64,000 nucleotides of DNA from Eledone cirrhosa (GCA_964016885.1 OZ024742.1:59458001-59522000), one strand, 5' to 3'. Positions 42,893 to 57,558 are shown, counted from the stretch's first letter. Numbers and translations: made by a program. Notes: generated from the letters alone by a model not told the origin.

Positions 42893-43339
42893 CATATATA
42901 TATAATAAAATTATCTATAACATAGAATATAGAGTTTTGTTCGAAAATTCGGAAGGAAATTGGACGGTAGCTGTTTAAAATGATAACAAGGATGTTGGTG
43001 GGTTACCTCGTAGTTTTATAAGTCTTATATTTCGAGAAAAATGTCTTTATCGAAAGGTTAATTGAAGAAACTGTATGTAATTCGGAACTGTATGTATGTT
43101 GTCTCTTTTAAGCTGACATATTTTAAAATTTGAAGTTTCGTTTTCTTTTTCAAAACCATTTTGATGAAAGCGGTGTTGTATTCCTAATGAAATTGTTGAA
43201 TTTTATCATCGTGCATTATTTTCAACTCGATATTTTATAGCATAAGAAACACTGACTCTGTCGAGCAAAAATAAAGCCTTTCACATGATCATCGAAATAA
43301 TTCCCACTTCTCGAGGTTCTCAGCTAGATGGCCGAATCT

Positions 43340-44400
43340 GACTTGGCTCCTGAGATGGAACAGGCTCTAGCCTACTGGAAAGGTGAAGGCCTCTCTATCC
43401 CTGTATATTACGGTCCAATGTAACTGAGACGACAATAATTGCAGGTCTTCTGTCAGGCGGATCGAGTCTGGCCAGGACCAACACCGTCTCACCTGCGTTC
43501 GCTCCGATTCTCAGCTCAACAGTGGCGCGTGGCTCAATTCGGTGCCCTCCTCATCAACCGGTACCCTTTTTGATGATGAGTGCACTCGCATCAGAGTAGC
43601 CCAACGCATTAGCTTCCGCGTCTGTGAACCACATGCCGCTGCGGGGTGGCTGTTGACAAGTTCGACCTGCACCCTCTGTCTTGCCGCCAGAGCGCAGGCC
43701 GGTTCCCCCAACACGCCTCTCTCAACATATTGAGAAGAAGCCTGGACGCAGCTGGCTTTCGATCGCAACTGGAGCCAGTATGCCTAGACCGCGGAGATGG
43801 CAAGCGGCTCGATGGAATCATCCTCTTCCCATTCGAAGGAGTTAGATCCCTCATCTGGGACGCCACCTGCTGCGACACGTTCTCCGCCTCCAACTTAGAT
43901 GCTTCGGCCACAAACACCGGCATCACGGCTCGTCTCGCAGAAGAATGTAAAATAAACAAATAACGGGGTTTGTCCGGCCTATTCCGCTTCGCACCGGTCG
44001 CCGTCGAGACCTCAGGCGTACTTGGACCTCGTACTGCCTAGTTCCTCCGCAAGATCGGAAAGTTGGCGGCCCGTCTGAAGGAGCCACAACGTGAGGTTGG
44101 GTGGCTGTTGCAGCAAGTTTCACTTTCACTGGCCATCGTCCACGGAAATGCTTGCCGTCTTGTCAGTGGGGCGCAGCACTTCTGTTCTCTTGACCTAGGC
44201 CCAAAGCCCAATCACTCTCCTCCTTCACCCTCCCCTTTCTTCTGTGACACCAGAACTCTTGCCATCACCTCCACTTCTCGTTCTTTTTTCTTTTTTCTTT
44301 CTTTTTTTCTTCTATATATTTCACTATTCTTTCTTTCCTTTTGTTTTCCCTTTTTATTACCGCCATTATAGTTGTCATTATTTTTAAATAAATGCATAGA
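43340..44400 (+). mobile_element. CRE-like (restriction-like endonuclease) non-LTR element, 3' fragment
   Basis: SGAWLNSVPS, C..C......H.LSC zinc motif, GKRLDG..P.....LIWDAT, AEECK, FAPVAVETSG; several frameshifts. Confidence 0.8.
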
Positions 44401-44656
44401 AAATTGTCGCCTAATTTGTTAGAGCGTAGAACAAAATGGCTTGTGTTACTCGGTTTAGCTCTCTGCTATCTGAGTGCAAATATCGTCTGGCCAAAACTGC
44501 CTTTCACTCCTTTTACGTCGAATAGAATTAAGTCCAGACTAATGGATTGACTGTTTCATTATAGCATCGGACGAAATGTGTCGGGTATTTGTTCCGGCCC
44601 TGGGCCTTCCGGGCTTAAATACTGTTGCAGTATATGTGCTACGGTATACTACATCC

Positions 44657-44737
44657 ATTGACCTGCTAAATACACCCAAAGAATAAGTGGTGGTTTATCA
44701 CCACCACTTATTCTTTGGTGTATTTAGCAGAGTCAAT
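44657..44737. repeat. Near-perfect hairpin (~38-bp arms)
   Basis: ctgctaaatacacccaaagaataagtggtggt / caccaccacttattctttggtgtatttagcag. Confidence 0.9.
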
Positions 44738-45949
44738 CTGCCGCGAGTATTTACACTAGATCTCCGATTTCATCCCTCACTCTTTACCAAAACACTGGAG
44801 GCCCTGTATAAAATGATGAAAGCTGCTCTTCCCTCCTTGACCAAAGCTTAAAAAAGGGAAAATTATATTATTTTTATGATATCATCATTATCTTTCATAT
44901 CATATTTCATCGTGGTAATCCATATATTAAAATTTATGGGTACATTAATCACTAACATCATCCATACATTAGGTATGAATTTTTATCAACCCGTGGTATT
45001 TATATTTATTCATTTAATATCTTTTTCTTAAAATTTCTTATTTTCTTGCAAGTGTGACTTGAAATTTCATTATGAAATAATCGTAGCTTTCTTAGTGCTA
45101 AGATGCTTTGATTTCAAAAGTGTAATCAATTAGATCACGCTTCTATTGTACCGAATGCATTGTTATATAACAGCATCGTTCAAATATTTTGACAGCGGAA
45201 ACCGAGGATAATATCCTTTTAGCTATGAATATAATTACACTTGATACTAACGTGTTTAATCTTCATTATATTATCACTCTTAATGTCTTTAATATTTTGT
45301 TATATGTTCATTAGTAACAATTTAATATTTTATTTTGGTGTCAGTAATAATTGGACTATACGTCACAATAATTCCTTTATAAAATAATAATTTGTTATGA
45401 ATATGTGCAGTGTAATTAACAATTATCACTTATTAGTAATATGGTGCTATATGTCAAAGGATAAGTGTGATTCATTTTAAAATTTAATAAATGAGCATAG
45501 AGTAATCTTACTAAATTAATAAATCAATACACCAAATATAGATGAAGATCATGCACTAGTGTTATATTTATTTATAATTTATAATACATACCGTGTAATA
45601 CAGGTGTAACAATAAATTGAAAATACTACTAAACAACTGGTGTCAGTTGTTATTAAAAAGATTGGCATACACACACACATTGTCTCATCAATGACATTAT
45701 CAACACCATCGTCATCACCGAATCTATTACGCTTATTATTATCATCATCATCAGCAGCAGCATATTTAGATTGCAGTGATGATAATGATGATAATGATGA
45801 TGATCATCATCATCGTCGACATTGTTCAACGGCAGTAACAAATGCAGAGGGCCACCATTCTCCTTTATCCATTACCATTTTCATAATCAGTTGAAGTCCC
45901 TTGGTTGTTAAACAACATCTTCATCATCACCGTTGTCGGCTTTATTATC

Positions 45950-46340
45950 AAATGTGGTCCAATGGACAGGTTATTGGTCTTGACTATCCTTGATATGTGA
46001 ATCTCCAGACTGAAATTGAATTCCGAGCAAAAGGTGCTGACAACGTAAGGTATCATGTCTGATGCCCTAGCAATTTCACCTACCCATTCCAATTAAAGTT
46101 AATTAAAGTTTTACGACGCCCTGGTAATAAAGCTACTAAGCTGCAAAGGCTTCCTGAGAAGGGAAAAAGACTAGACAGAGAGAACATAATTCAAGGAGAG
46201 AGAAGATGACAATTGATGTTGCTTTTGGAGTGTTTGCAAATTGTAGTGGTTAGGAACGCAAGAAGCTGGAAGAGAATTCCGTAGGTGAGATGTGTGAGGG
46301 AAGAAACAATTGGAAGTAAACCCCCTTGATAGAGAACGGT
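45950..46340 (-). mobile_element. CR1/Jockey-group LINE 3' remnant
   Basis: NCFFPHTSHLRNSLPASC.P..YNLQT resembles the SFFPRT..LWNSLP terminal motif. Confidence 0.5.
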
Positions 46341-47696
46341 TATTTCTTGTATGAATGAAAGCAGTTGATAACATTTGAAACAACTGCTTCCTTTTCGTCT
46401 TACATTTCTGTACCTTCAACATTTTACATAAATCTTACAATATTTTCAAGTGAATGTTGCGCTCAAGTTACAGAAGGAGAGAAAGGCTGTACGGGTATTT
46501 ATACTAGAGGTATTTGTGAAACTATCACATCTATCTACGTTTGAAAGGAAACCTGCTTTAAACCAGATCTTAGTAGAATATTGTCGGGGAATATTGTATC
46601 GGGGATTAAAGAAACTTAAAAGTAATAAGTAAATTGATGTCTTGGACTCTCCCTTTTCAAGAAGACCGGCAGATAACATTTCACTCACACGCTGATGTAT
46701 GTGTCTACGATATCTCGTAAACAGGCTCTCAGATGTCTTATAACGGCATACATTTATTAAGATCTTGTTGCGTTTTGGTTGATGTTGTTTATTCCCAGGC
46801 CAGCCATGAAAGTTCAAATCTGTGACCCAAAACAGTTGTAATCATTCCACTTATTATTTTGTTTTCAGACAGTATATCCAGCAACTTTATTTAATACTTT
46901 ATATTTTAAAATACGGTGAAATTTAGTTGCTATCTCTAGCAAGTCGAGCGATCAGATAAAGGCTTTCCTCTGTGATCAAAGGCATTGCAACCACAATAAT
47001 TCTGTTTTCTTTTTCAGTCATTTTGCATTATCTAACATTCCGTTTTAAATATAAGAGAGGGACAATTAAAAATGATTTAGTTCCACTTTATCGCAGATCG
47101 AGTGACCAAATAAATATTTCCCTCTGTGATAGAAAGTATTGAAACAACGAACATTTTTCTCTTCGTTTTCAGAGTATATGCAAACACATTATCTAATAGT
47201 CCAGTTTTTAAAGACAGTTGTGAGTAATTTAAGGTAAATATAGTTGCTACCTCTAGCAGGCCGAGCAACCAGATACAGGCCTATCACGTTGTCTTGCTAT
47301 TTTGTTCAGTGCGGTACAAAATACTATGAATATCGAATTATTAGCAGTAGATATACATATCTTTAATATAATAAGAGTCCAAGACAGGTAACAACAGCGA
47401 ACTGGAAGCATCTCTGTTTGACGTGATAATGCAATTAACGTGAAGGACAGTTAGTATAGCTATTTCTGGACTTCTAACACCAGCAACGCTCATCGAAGCT
47501 TCATTATGTAAAACATTTTACATATAACTAATTACTCACACCATTCTCACCAACAATAGTTCCATGCTGATAAGCTTGTCTGAACTATTAGACGGACGAT
47601 CAATATGTTTTGCTAATAATGCAACAGTTTTCAAAGACAAATATTCAAACAAGTGAGTTTATATTCTCGCATCAAAAACTGAAATGGGTTGAAAAA

Positions 47697-48497
47697 CAAT
47701 AGTTTCTAATTTTTTACGCAAGGTAAGCAATTTTAAGGGAGGCGAAAGTCGATAAAATTGACCCCAGTGCTTGACAGGTAATTTTTTTTAAACTGATGTC
47801 AGTGGGGTTTGATCTCAGAATGTAAAGAAAGACGTGAAATAAATGCATCAAAACATTTTGTCGGGTGTTCTAACATTTTTGCCAACCCACTGCACTAAGG
47901 AATAGAAATGATGGTTTTTATTTTAAGCAGAAGGCCAACAATTTTGGGGGAAGGGAAAATCTGATTATGTCTTACGTTACTGGTACTTTATATTATCGGC
48001 TTTAGAAGGATGAAATGCAAAGTTGCATTGAAGGGATTTGAACACAAAATCAAAAGAGCTGGAAGAAATACCACAAAGCAATTCATCCGATGACATGACA
48101 ATTCTTCATATCCGCTATCATTGGTTTCTAATTTTAAACGCAAGACCAACAGTTTGAAGGAAGGGGGAAGTTGTTGAGTATGGTAACCAGACGACTTCAC
48201 CTTTATTGTATTTTATCGATCTCGTAAACATGGATAGCAAAGTTTAACTCGACAGGATTTGAACTCAGAACTGTAACTAAATGTTGCAATGCATTCTACT
48301 TAACGCTGTACCGATTCTAACATAATAATTGTTTCTACTTTTGGCACAAAGCCAGCAATTACCCTGTACAGTACTGGTACTTTATTTTATCGACCCCCGT
48401 AAGGATCAAAGGCAAAGTTAACCTCGACGGGATTTGAACTCAGACCATGATGGGACGTAACTATGCTACAAAGCATGGCGGCCAACCCTCTACCGAA
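47697..48497 (-). mobile_element. Tandem array of four main-family SINEs; three eroded, the last well preserved
   Basis: Copies start at ~47697, 47910, 48120 and 48327 with the reverse-complement tail gtttcta..ttt...gcaaggcca.caatt. Confidence 0.8.
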
Positions 48498-49453
48498 TGA
48501 GAACGAAATCGTTTGAAAATCTATTATAAGTTGATGCAGCTTTTCATAACTTAAAATTAAATCTATTTTCAATGAATATGTATATATTCATATTTATACC
48601 ATATGAAGGCACGTGCTTAGGAAGTTCGGCTCGTGATCCTAACGTCGTGAATTTTATTTCCACGTTGTGTTCCTGAGCAAAATCACTTAATTTTCGTTCA
48701 ATCAGTCTACACAGCTGGCAAAATCAAATTGCAGCTGCAATTAATCAAATTGCAGCTGCACACATGTATGTGTATGTGTCTGTCTGTTTGTGTGTGTGTG
48801 TGTGCGCTTGTATAAATGTTTGAATAGTCCTATATATTTCAGAATAATATCCAATTTTCACAACAATTTTCGTTTGACAATAGGATATAACTCCACCATA
48901 TATAAGGCATTTTAAATGTTTCCAATACATACCAACACATTTGGTATTATTACTTTTAATATCTAATGTTCTAATTGCATTACAATAACCTTGTAATATA
49001 TTGTTGCTATATATTTATACATTATGTGGTATGTAACCTTACTGCGATTGTACGAGCAACAAACAAAAACCCTTATTCAAAAACAATTTTGTATAAATAT
49101 GTTTAAATATTAAAAAAAAAACAATCAACAATGTCTTTATACAAAATGTGCGAGCATTTTGTATATTGAACCAAATACTCAGTATTTCTTTAATGAAAAG
49201 TTAACGTTGGCCCGCGCCCGGTAATTCATCAGGCCGGAACCTATCCCGATCATTAAGGCGTGAGTGACAGATAGTAAAAGACTTACAATCATTGGTTTAA
49301 ACCTCATCTGTTGCTGTTGTTACTCATATTTTGCTACGAAAACTGAAACAACATGAAGTAATTTGATTTACTGTAGAATGTAACAAGCCATACAATATGG
49401 GAATCGGGGGACTACATTGTTATCGCGAGCCCAACACTATATCCGCTCGGCAC

Positions 49454-49516
<63 letters not shown>

Positions 49517-49749
49517 CGCATTATAATAACGATATAATAAAGGAATCATTGTAATAACAACTATATTTTATCGACTTGAATTTTAACCATAGCAAAATTA
49601 TCCTTGGCAGGATTTTTATCTTGAATTGTTGGGCTTCCCACCAAATAGTTTTATCGATTTACTTTAAGCTCTATTGTTGCTGTTATTGATGTCATTAATA
49701 TTCTTGTTTTGTGGCTATTATTTTATTACGGGTTTTATTAGAGATTTTA

Positions 49750-50360
49750 TTACGGCGGCTGGCGGGCTGAATCGACAGAAAGCCGAACAAAATACTTTGC
49801 AGCATATAGCAACGGTCATTTATGTTTTGAGTTCAAATCCAGTCAAGGTCATCTTTACCTTTCTTTCCTCCCTGAGTCGATAACAAAAGTCGCAAGAAAT
49901 GCTGATATCAGTATAATTGACTTTGTCCTTCCACCAAAACGTTTGGCTTTCTGCCTAAATTACAAACCGATATTAATGTTTTTGTTTTGATGCAAATAGT
50001 TTATTATGGACCTGGTGGCCAAAAAAGAAATCATTTCATTATCATGGACGGTGGATTTGCAGTATCGGTAGAGTCGGACACCATGCTTTTCAGCATAGAG
50101 TTATGGCCCTTTACAGTCTGAATTCAAATCCTGCCGAGGTTAACTTTGCCTTTGATCCTTACGGTATCGATAAAATAAAGAACCAGTAATGTACTGGGAT
50201 AATTGCTGGTCTTGTGCCAAAAGTAGAACAAATTATTATGGTGCTAGACTGTGTGAATCGTTAGAACGTTGAACAAAATGCCTGGCGTTGCTTGTTCCGG
50301 TATTTTACTTTCATAGTTCAAATCTAGCCAATGATAATTTTGTTATTCATATTTCTAGTG
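49750..50360 (+). mobile_element. Three main-family SINE copies (49750-49975 eroded, 50046-50235 good, 50240-50360 eroded)
   Basis: gagttcaaatcc B-box and family core. Confidence 0.8.
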
Positions 50361-50499
50361 TCATTTCTAAATTCTAACTTTCATTGGATAAATATTCCTC
50401 AACCTGCTGAGGATATAAAATAACAACATGAAATTTAAACGTTGCAGTTGTAAACCCACACACGCATACACGCACCCGCACATACCCGCACACACACAG

Positions 50500-50595
<96 letters not shown>

Positions 50596-51709
50596 GTATA
50601 TATGCACCCGACACATTCAAGTGTTGTGACAGAATATAGAAAATAAAAATGAAACAAAAGACAGAGTGAGAAAAAACACGTATTAAATCATCCAAGTATA
50701 CACCGCTTGTGTTTACGCAACTGAATTTTATTCACAAGTCATTGGTTTCCCCAAATATATAGCGAAAGAGAATTGGCAAAATGGCCTCGCAGTATGACCA
50801 AACATGAAATCACCTAATTGAAAGCGAACCTTTAATCCAAATATCTATGAATGCGCTGAAATAAAGCGCAAGAGAATTCGTTACTCTTGCAATTCGAACA
50901 TAAGAAATAGAAAGACTAAAGAAACTCTTTCAAGTATTTAGCAAAGTGGTCTGTTCTTTCCTTAAACAAGGCATAATAATATATTCTATCGAAAATGAAA
51001 AATATAAAGGTTTGTTGAGGAGATTTTATATTAAGCATTTCATGCTTAAATCCAATGTCAGTTTTTTTTATTTTTCCGAATATGCTTCAATCACATTTTT
51101 ATTATTGATGGTAAATATTGAAGATAACTCTTTTAATAGTTTTATACCAGAGTATTTGAATTATAGATGAATAAAACGAAATATGGACAATTCTTTCAAG
51201 CATAGTATGTATCAATATTTTTAAGTATTTCTCATAAACTACAACCTTAGGTAACAGTAACTCGTTCACTTTGAATAAAACTATAATTAAAAGCCGGAGG
51301 TAACTCTACAGAACTCTAGATTAAATTAATGCGCCGAAACAGCAATATGCTTTGTTGTTTCTCTTATTCCACTTTTTTTTCAACATATATATCTAGAGGT
51401 TAATCTCTTAATATTTACTACAATGCAGAATACAGATATATCAATTTCTTGTTCAATTACAGTATAACTATTATATATTTTCCCTATCAGGAGATTCCAC
51501 TATTCTCTGTGATGGGGAAGGAGAAAAATGCTCGTTTGATGTAGATTGATTACAGAAATAGACTCTTGGCGCATACTTCAGAAAGAATTAATTATGGCAA
51601 TGCTTATATGATGATATTTTTGTGGGAACAAGGAATGATTCTTGCACTCAGTTGCGTAATTATATATGGGATTACGTTCAGAATTATACACGCAGGTGTG
51701 TTTGTGTCC

Positions 51710-51745
<36 letters not shown>

Positions 51746-51809
51746 GTATATATATATATATATATATACACGTATGCATGCATTTGCATGTCTGTTTCAT
51801 TGCGTAGCC

Positions 51810-51917
<108 letters not shown>

Positions 51918-52335
51918 GTGCCTATGTGTCTGTATATATATATATGTGTGTGTGTGAGTATGTGTATCAAACATATGCGTGTAGAAATGTAATTCAGCAA
52001 GATTCTACAGCAGTAGAAAGTTATGGACAACAACCCCGTAGCAGGTATTGGAAAAGTAAAAATATGTGCTTGAACTGATACAAATATTCTCAATTTCAAT
52101 CGATCGGGTCATTTCCCTTCTAGTATTCTATAATTTCAATTCTTTAGCATGAATTCGGGATTTCATCACTATGATGTTTAATTTCCCAAAAGTACATCTA
52201 TAAGAACGCATAAATCTGGCTTCATATCATCATAAAATAGATATTCCCATGCATACATATTAATATATGTATAAATAAATATGCATTAGATTGAATTGTA
52301 TCAAATTATATGTAACTTTATATATATATATATAC

Positions 52336-52374
<39 letters not shown>

Positions 52375-52395
52375 CATACACATATATAACCCTCA

Positions 52396-52459
<64 letters not shown>

Positions 52460-52569
52460 CGGAGGAGTTGTGGTAAGGAACCAGATGGACCATAGCGCAC
52501 CAGAGTACTCAATACTTAGGGTAGTAGAGTGGGTAATAGGAGAAAGTATGACTCCCGACGGCAGAGCTC

Positions 52570-52635
52570 AAGCCGTTTCGACGGCTATTTCTGGACTAAA
52601 GACACTTTAGTCCAGAAATAGCCGTCGAAACGGCT
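52570..52635. repeat. Perfect ~30-bp inverted duplication at the end of a TA-flanked insert
   Basis: agccgtttcgacggctatttctggactaaag-aca-ctttagtccagaaatagccgtcgaaacggct. Confidence 0.9.
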
Positions 52636-52708
52636 ATATATATATATATATATATATGCATACAAGCACATATATACGATATAAATATGAATATATAACT
52701 GGCCTTAA

Positions 52709-52972
52709 TAATTGTTTCTACTTTTGGCACAAGGCCAGCAATTAACGAGTACATTACTGGTACATTATTTTATCGACCCTGTAAGGATGAAAGGCAAAGT
52801 TAACTTCGGCGGAGTTTGAACTCAGACCATAAAGGGCCGTAACTCTTTGGTGTAAAGCATGGCGTCCGACCCTCTACCGATACTGCCTTAATAATAATAT
52901 TAAAACTCACCCTACGGACTCGAGCTGCTCTCTAACTTGCATATTTCTATCAAGAGATATCACGAAATTAAA

Positions 52973-53003
<31 letters not shown>

Positions 53004-53190
53004 TATCGTGATAACTCTTTATAGAGATATTCAAGGTAGAGAGCACGTCGAGTCCGTAGGGTGAGTTTTAATATAATTATTAAGGCCAGTGGGTTGGCAG
53101 TATCGGTAGAGGGTCGGACTCCATGCTTTACAACAGAGGTTACGGCCCTTTATGGTCTGAGTTCAAATCCCGCCGAGGTTAACTTTGCCT
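52709..53190. repeat. Palindrome of two divergent SINE copies around a MITE-like core
   Basis: SINE(-) at 52709-52888, core arms at 52889-52965 and 53007-53083, SINE(+) at 53084-53190. Confidence 0.85.
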
Positions 53191-53291
53191 TATATATATA
53201 TATATATATATATAGTGTATGTGATTTAGTAAATCACTTGTGGTGGTGCCAAAACGAGCACTCGATGTACAGGCAGAGTGTATATATTAAG

Positions 53292-53442
53292 AAAAGCGAT
53301 AAAGTTTCGTTTACAGGTATTTACTTTTGTATTGTGTATCGACCTGTTACGCACATGCCCCAATCCTCTGCGAAAGCCGTGTAACAGGTCGATAAAAAGT
53401 AAAAAAATAAATACATATAAAACGAAACTTTATCGTTTTTTT
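53292..53442. mobile_element. MITE-like foldback element
   Basis: aaagcgataaagtttcgttt..tatcgacctgttac / gtaacaggtcgata..aaacgaaactttatcgtttt. Confidence 0.7.
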
Positions 53443-53579
53443 TTATTTATAAGATGGCCGACTGGATACAAACGTGTGTCTTTTTTTGCTCCCCGTTTCT
53501 TTTCTCAATTCCCCGTTCCTTCCTCGTATAACTCTTTATTTTCTATTTATTTTCTATTTCTAATTGTTTCTTCTGACAC

Positions 53580-55241
53580 AATTAGCAAAGTATTCTGGAT
53601 GAGTTCCTGAAGCAGAACTGGACCGCCAGTCTCTCTATGGTAGATGTCAACATACAACTTGAGCAATTCAAGGCAATAATTAAAGACTTATGCTTTAAGT
53701 TTGCCCAGAAAGAAAAGCCAACAGAGAAAAGAATATTATTCGCAGAGAGGGACATCCTTATGAGAGGGAGGACGACGATCCCAAACCGGCTAAACATAAT
53801 ACAATTAAAGAACAAGGAGTTCCATTTGGAGCAGGAAGTTTTTTAACTTAAACCTGAACTCGCACTCTTCCATGAAAAGGAGAGCGCGGAAAGAGAAGCC
53901 AGGGCTAGAGAAAACATTAAAAAAAACGAACCCTAAGTTTTTATTTAAATGAGCAAAAGAGACCGCCTCGGTACACTACGGGTAGGCACACTATTCCATA
54001 AAAGTGGCTCATTAACCCCAGACTCCCAAGGGATAAGAGAGGTACTGAACAAGCAATCTAATGCTCACTCTACGAATGAGATACAAGCAAATAAATTAGC
54101 CACTTGAGTTCTTTAACACCATTGTGTTACTCAGAGAAATGTCAATCATCAATTATATAGAGATAAAGGAGGAAGATTAAATGAGGCCAAATTCAGTTGC
54201 TTGCACCGATGGATTCCCAGCAATCCTCATAAAAAAACATGCAAACAAAACTTAGCAAAACCACTACAGATCCCCTTCCAAAGCCCCTCTACAAGTGGTA
54301 AACTACCCGGAAGATAATAGAAGACATGATATGTCATATCCATAAAGAAAGCAGAGCAAATGCTAAAACCTACAGCTGTCTTTCTGACATTACATGTCAG
54401 CAATGTAATGAAATGAATCGTCAGGAGACATCACTTTTCCAGAGGAATATTGTCTACTAACTGACACCCAGTATGTCTTTTTCCCGAACGTTGATGTGAT
54501 ATGTCTCGAATTTGCGAAGGCCTAAAATAAGGTTGAACACGGAATGATATATCACAAACTATGTAGCTTTGGCATAGTTAGACATTTAAGTGAAAGGGTT
54601 CATGACTTGTTAAAAGACAGAAGCCAGACTGTTGCATCCAACAGGAAAATGTTGCATTCAAAGGAAATGTCATTAACAAGCGTTATGCCCAAAGGAAGCA
54701 TCTTGGGACCATTACTGTTTCTGGTGGTTCTATCTGACATACCCCATGTAATCCAGACTGCTTCCTCCACTATTTATGCTGATGATACAAATATAGCACA
54801 GGCAATCAAGAAACCGTCTGATGATACTCTCTTACTCCATGATTTATCCGTCATATACAAATGATCTAAGGATAATCATCTGCAATTCAATGACGGAAGA
54901 TTTCAAGCCTTCCACTATGGACCCACAAATAAAGAGCCACTACAACAAAACTACGCAGGACCAAGCGGAATCGAAATCCGCGTGTCGAAATCAATGCCGG
55001 ACTTGGTATTGACATGATCAATGATGCATTGTTTCATGGATTCAACACTAAAATAACAACAATGTGCAGACGACTGGCAGGTTGGATTCTGAGGACTTTC
55101 AGGACAAAAGACCAGGAACTATGGTGGTCCTATGGAGAAATGTTGTCCTCTGCCAATTGGCCTATTGCTCTCAGCTGAGGTGACCTGATATTATCAAACT
55201 AACCACAGAACCTGAAGCAATCCAACAAAGCTACATGAAAA

Positions 55242-55243
<2 letters not shown>
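53580..55243 (+). mobile_element. Degenerate CR1/L2-like LINE RT region
   Basis: DVICLEFAKA*NKVEH, P.GSILGPLLFL, TIYADDT; many stops. Confidence 0.8.
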
Positions 55244-55289
<46 letters not shown>

Positions 55290-55633
55290 AGGGGTGTAGT
55301 TTAGGGAGGAGGTGGTTATGGAACTTTTCCATGGTGTTCCTGGTAAGTGCTCGACTAAGGAAGAAGCTAGATATCCAGTGGGTAATGAAGGCTTAACAAA
55401 TCGTCCTTGTATTATTATTATTATGATTGGTCTAAGCGGACGTATTTTGCTGGCTCCCAGTATGTCGCTTTATTTGCCTGTTAAAATTAGTTGTTGTTAA
55501 ATATTTCTTGTTGTGTAAGGGATATAAGCCCTTAGACTTTGCCCTGTGAAGGGGAAAGTATAATATTTGGGCCTTTTGGCCCAAATATTTGAATTTTTTT
55601 TACATGTTAAAACATTTACGGAGAAAAAAAAAC

Positions 55634-57558
55634 ATGGCTGAGCCACGCCCCCCAGCGATATGTGTGCTGTCGTGCGACAACGAGGTAGAAGTTGTGAGGA
55701 GCGCTACAGCGAAATTAACACAAATTAATAACACAAACACCACCACAAACAATGTAAACAAAGACACCAATGATACCAATGAGAACTCTAATTTTGAAAA
55801 AAATGACAGTAACAGCGACAACGAAACTACAGATAACAAAAAAAAAACAAATACAACAACAATATCAACACCACTAACATGAAAACAAATAGCGACATCA
55901 CCAACAGCAACGATACCAACTGCACCGAGAATAACGGTGGCAACAAAGACAACAATGATAACAGCGACAGAGCTAACAACAAAACCAACAAGAACAACGA
56001 CCACAACACCCCAAACGAAAACAAGAAGAACACTTTCGCTGCGGCAGCAGCAAAAAAGAGGCCATGCTTCAACATGGACCTCTCAAACCTGGGCCAAATT
56101 AACTGTCCCGGTAGAAGCTATTGAGACAGTGGAGCGCAGAACGGTGCATTATAGATGCATCTCAGCACAAACCAAAAGAGCAGCTTTAATCCCACAAGAA
56201 GATGTCGAAGTCGAGCTGAGGTGCATCAGAGAAGACACCGAATACATAGAGAGGGGCAGACAGTACGGCACTATTTCGGTATTGTTCAAGTCAGAAGCCC
56301 TCGCTATGAAACACGCTATGACTCCTTGCAAAACCAGCAAGGTCTTAATGTACCCCTCCCACATGAGAAAAAGAACGGCCCGTCTCCGCATTCCCAGAAT
56401 CCCACCAGGACTTGACATGTGGTGGCTTCTGGGATGTGTGATTGTGGAGGGGACGGATACCGTCCCTATAGAAGTGACTAGAACGGCCAGAGAGGACTGG
56501 TCCGGGGTTGACCTGGAGATCCTTCTCCAGATCAGGCCCGAGAATGTGAAGACAATCCCGGACCACCTCTGCCTTCAGAATGGGACGGTCAATCACATTA
56601 TGACCGAAGGCAAAAGGCCGCAGTGTTTTGTTTGTGGGGAAAAAAACCCATTTGCGAGCCTTCTGCCCTCAACTGCTGAAAGAGGCAAGGGGTCGAAAGG
56701 CTCCACTGCTACCGACGCCGGGGCGAAGACCACAACCAACACCAGCACCGGCAAAACCACCAACAACAACACCAATAGAAAGACCACCACCAACATTGAC
56801 CACCCAGGGGGGAAACGAGGAAAGCTGTCAAATTCCCCCTCCCCCCCAAAATACACACACCAATAAAACAATAAACATACATACAGACACACTTACAGAC
56901 ACACACCCCTCATCTACCAGTAGTGAAGATGAGGGAAACCCCAAATCCCCCAAAATACAAAAAAGGAAACACAAAAAGAAAAAAAAACTCAACAAAGCAC
57001 AACATCACCCACAATAAAAAACGCAGTCACCACCCACGCAAACATCTCTCCAATAACACCAACATCAACACCACCATCACCATCACCAGAATCCCCCAAA
57101 CGCAAACAACCTTAACAGACGCAAGAACAAATATACACACAAACATCTGAAACCACAGACACCGTACTCACAACAAACACAGATACAACCGAAACAACAC
57201 CACCAAAACCATCACCACCACAGCCACGCAAACAAATAAAATCACACCAACAAAAGATACAAAACTTCGTGCTCGTCAGGAGGGCCAACAAGGAACTGAT
57301 GGCCCTCGTAGCACGAAGAGAAAATATACAAATAGAGGGGGAAATTTTAAATCGAGCACATTTCGCGTGCCGGAAGATTTGGTTCTGGTGCGAATGTGGC
57401 TCGACATATTCAAAGAAATACGAAACAGCTTTCCTCGGGGCGTGGGCACCCCGAACGTAAAACCCACTTCAAGACTTTTAAAGGGGTTCCCAAAAGAAAG
57501 CCCACTAACTATGGATGTCGAACAACCCGACCTTCACAAGAGCCCGGAAGGTGAGTAA
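55634..57558 (+). pseudogene. Tx1 copy B ORF1 (N/T-rich N-terminus, CCHC knuckle), frameshifted
   Basis: RGRQYGTISVLF, EGKRPQCFVCGEK/HLRAFC. Confidence 0.8.
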
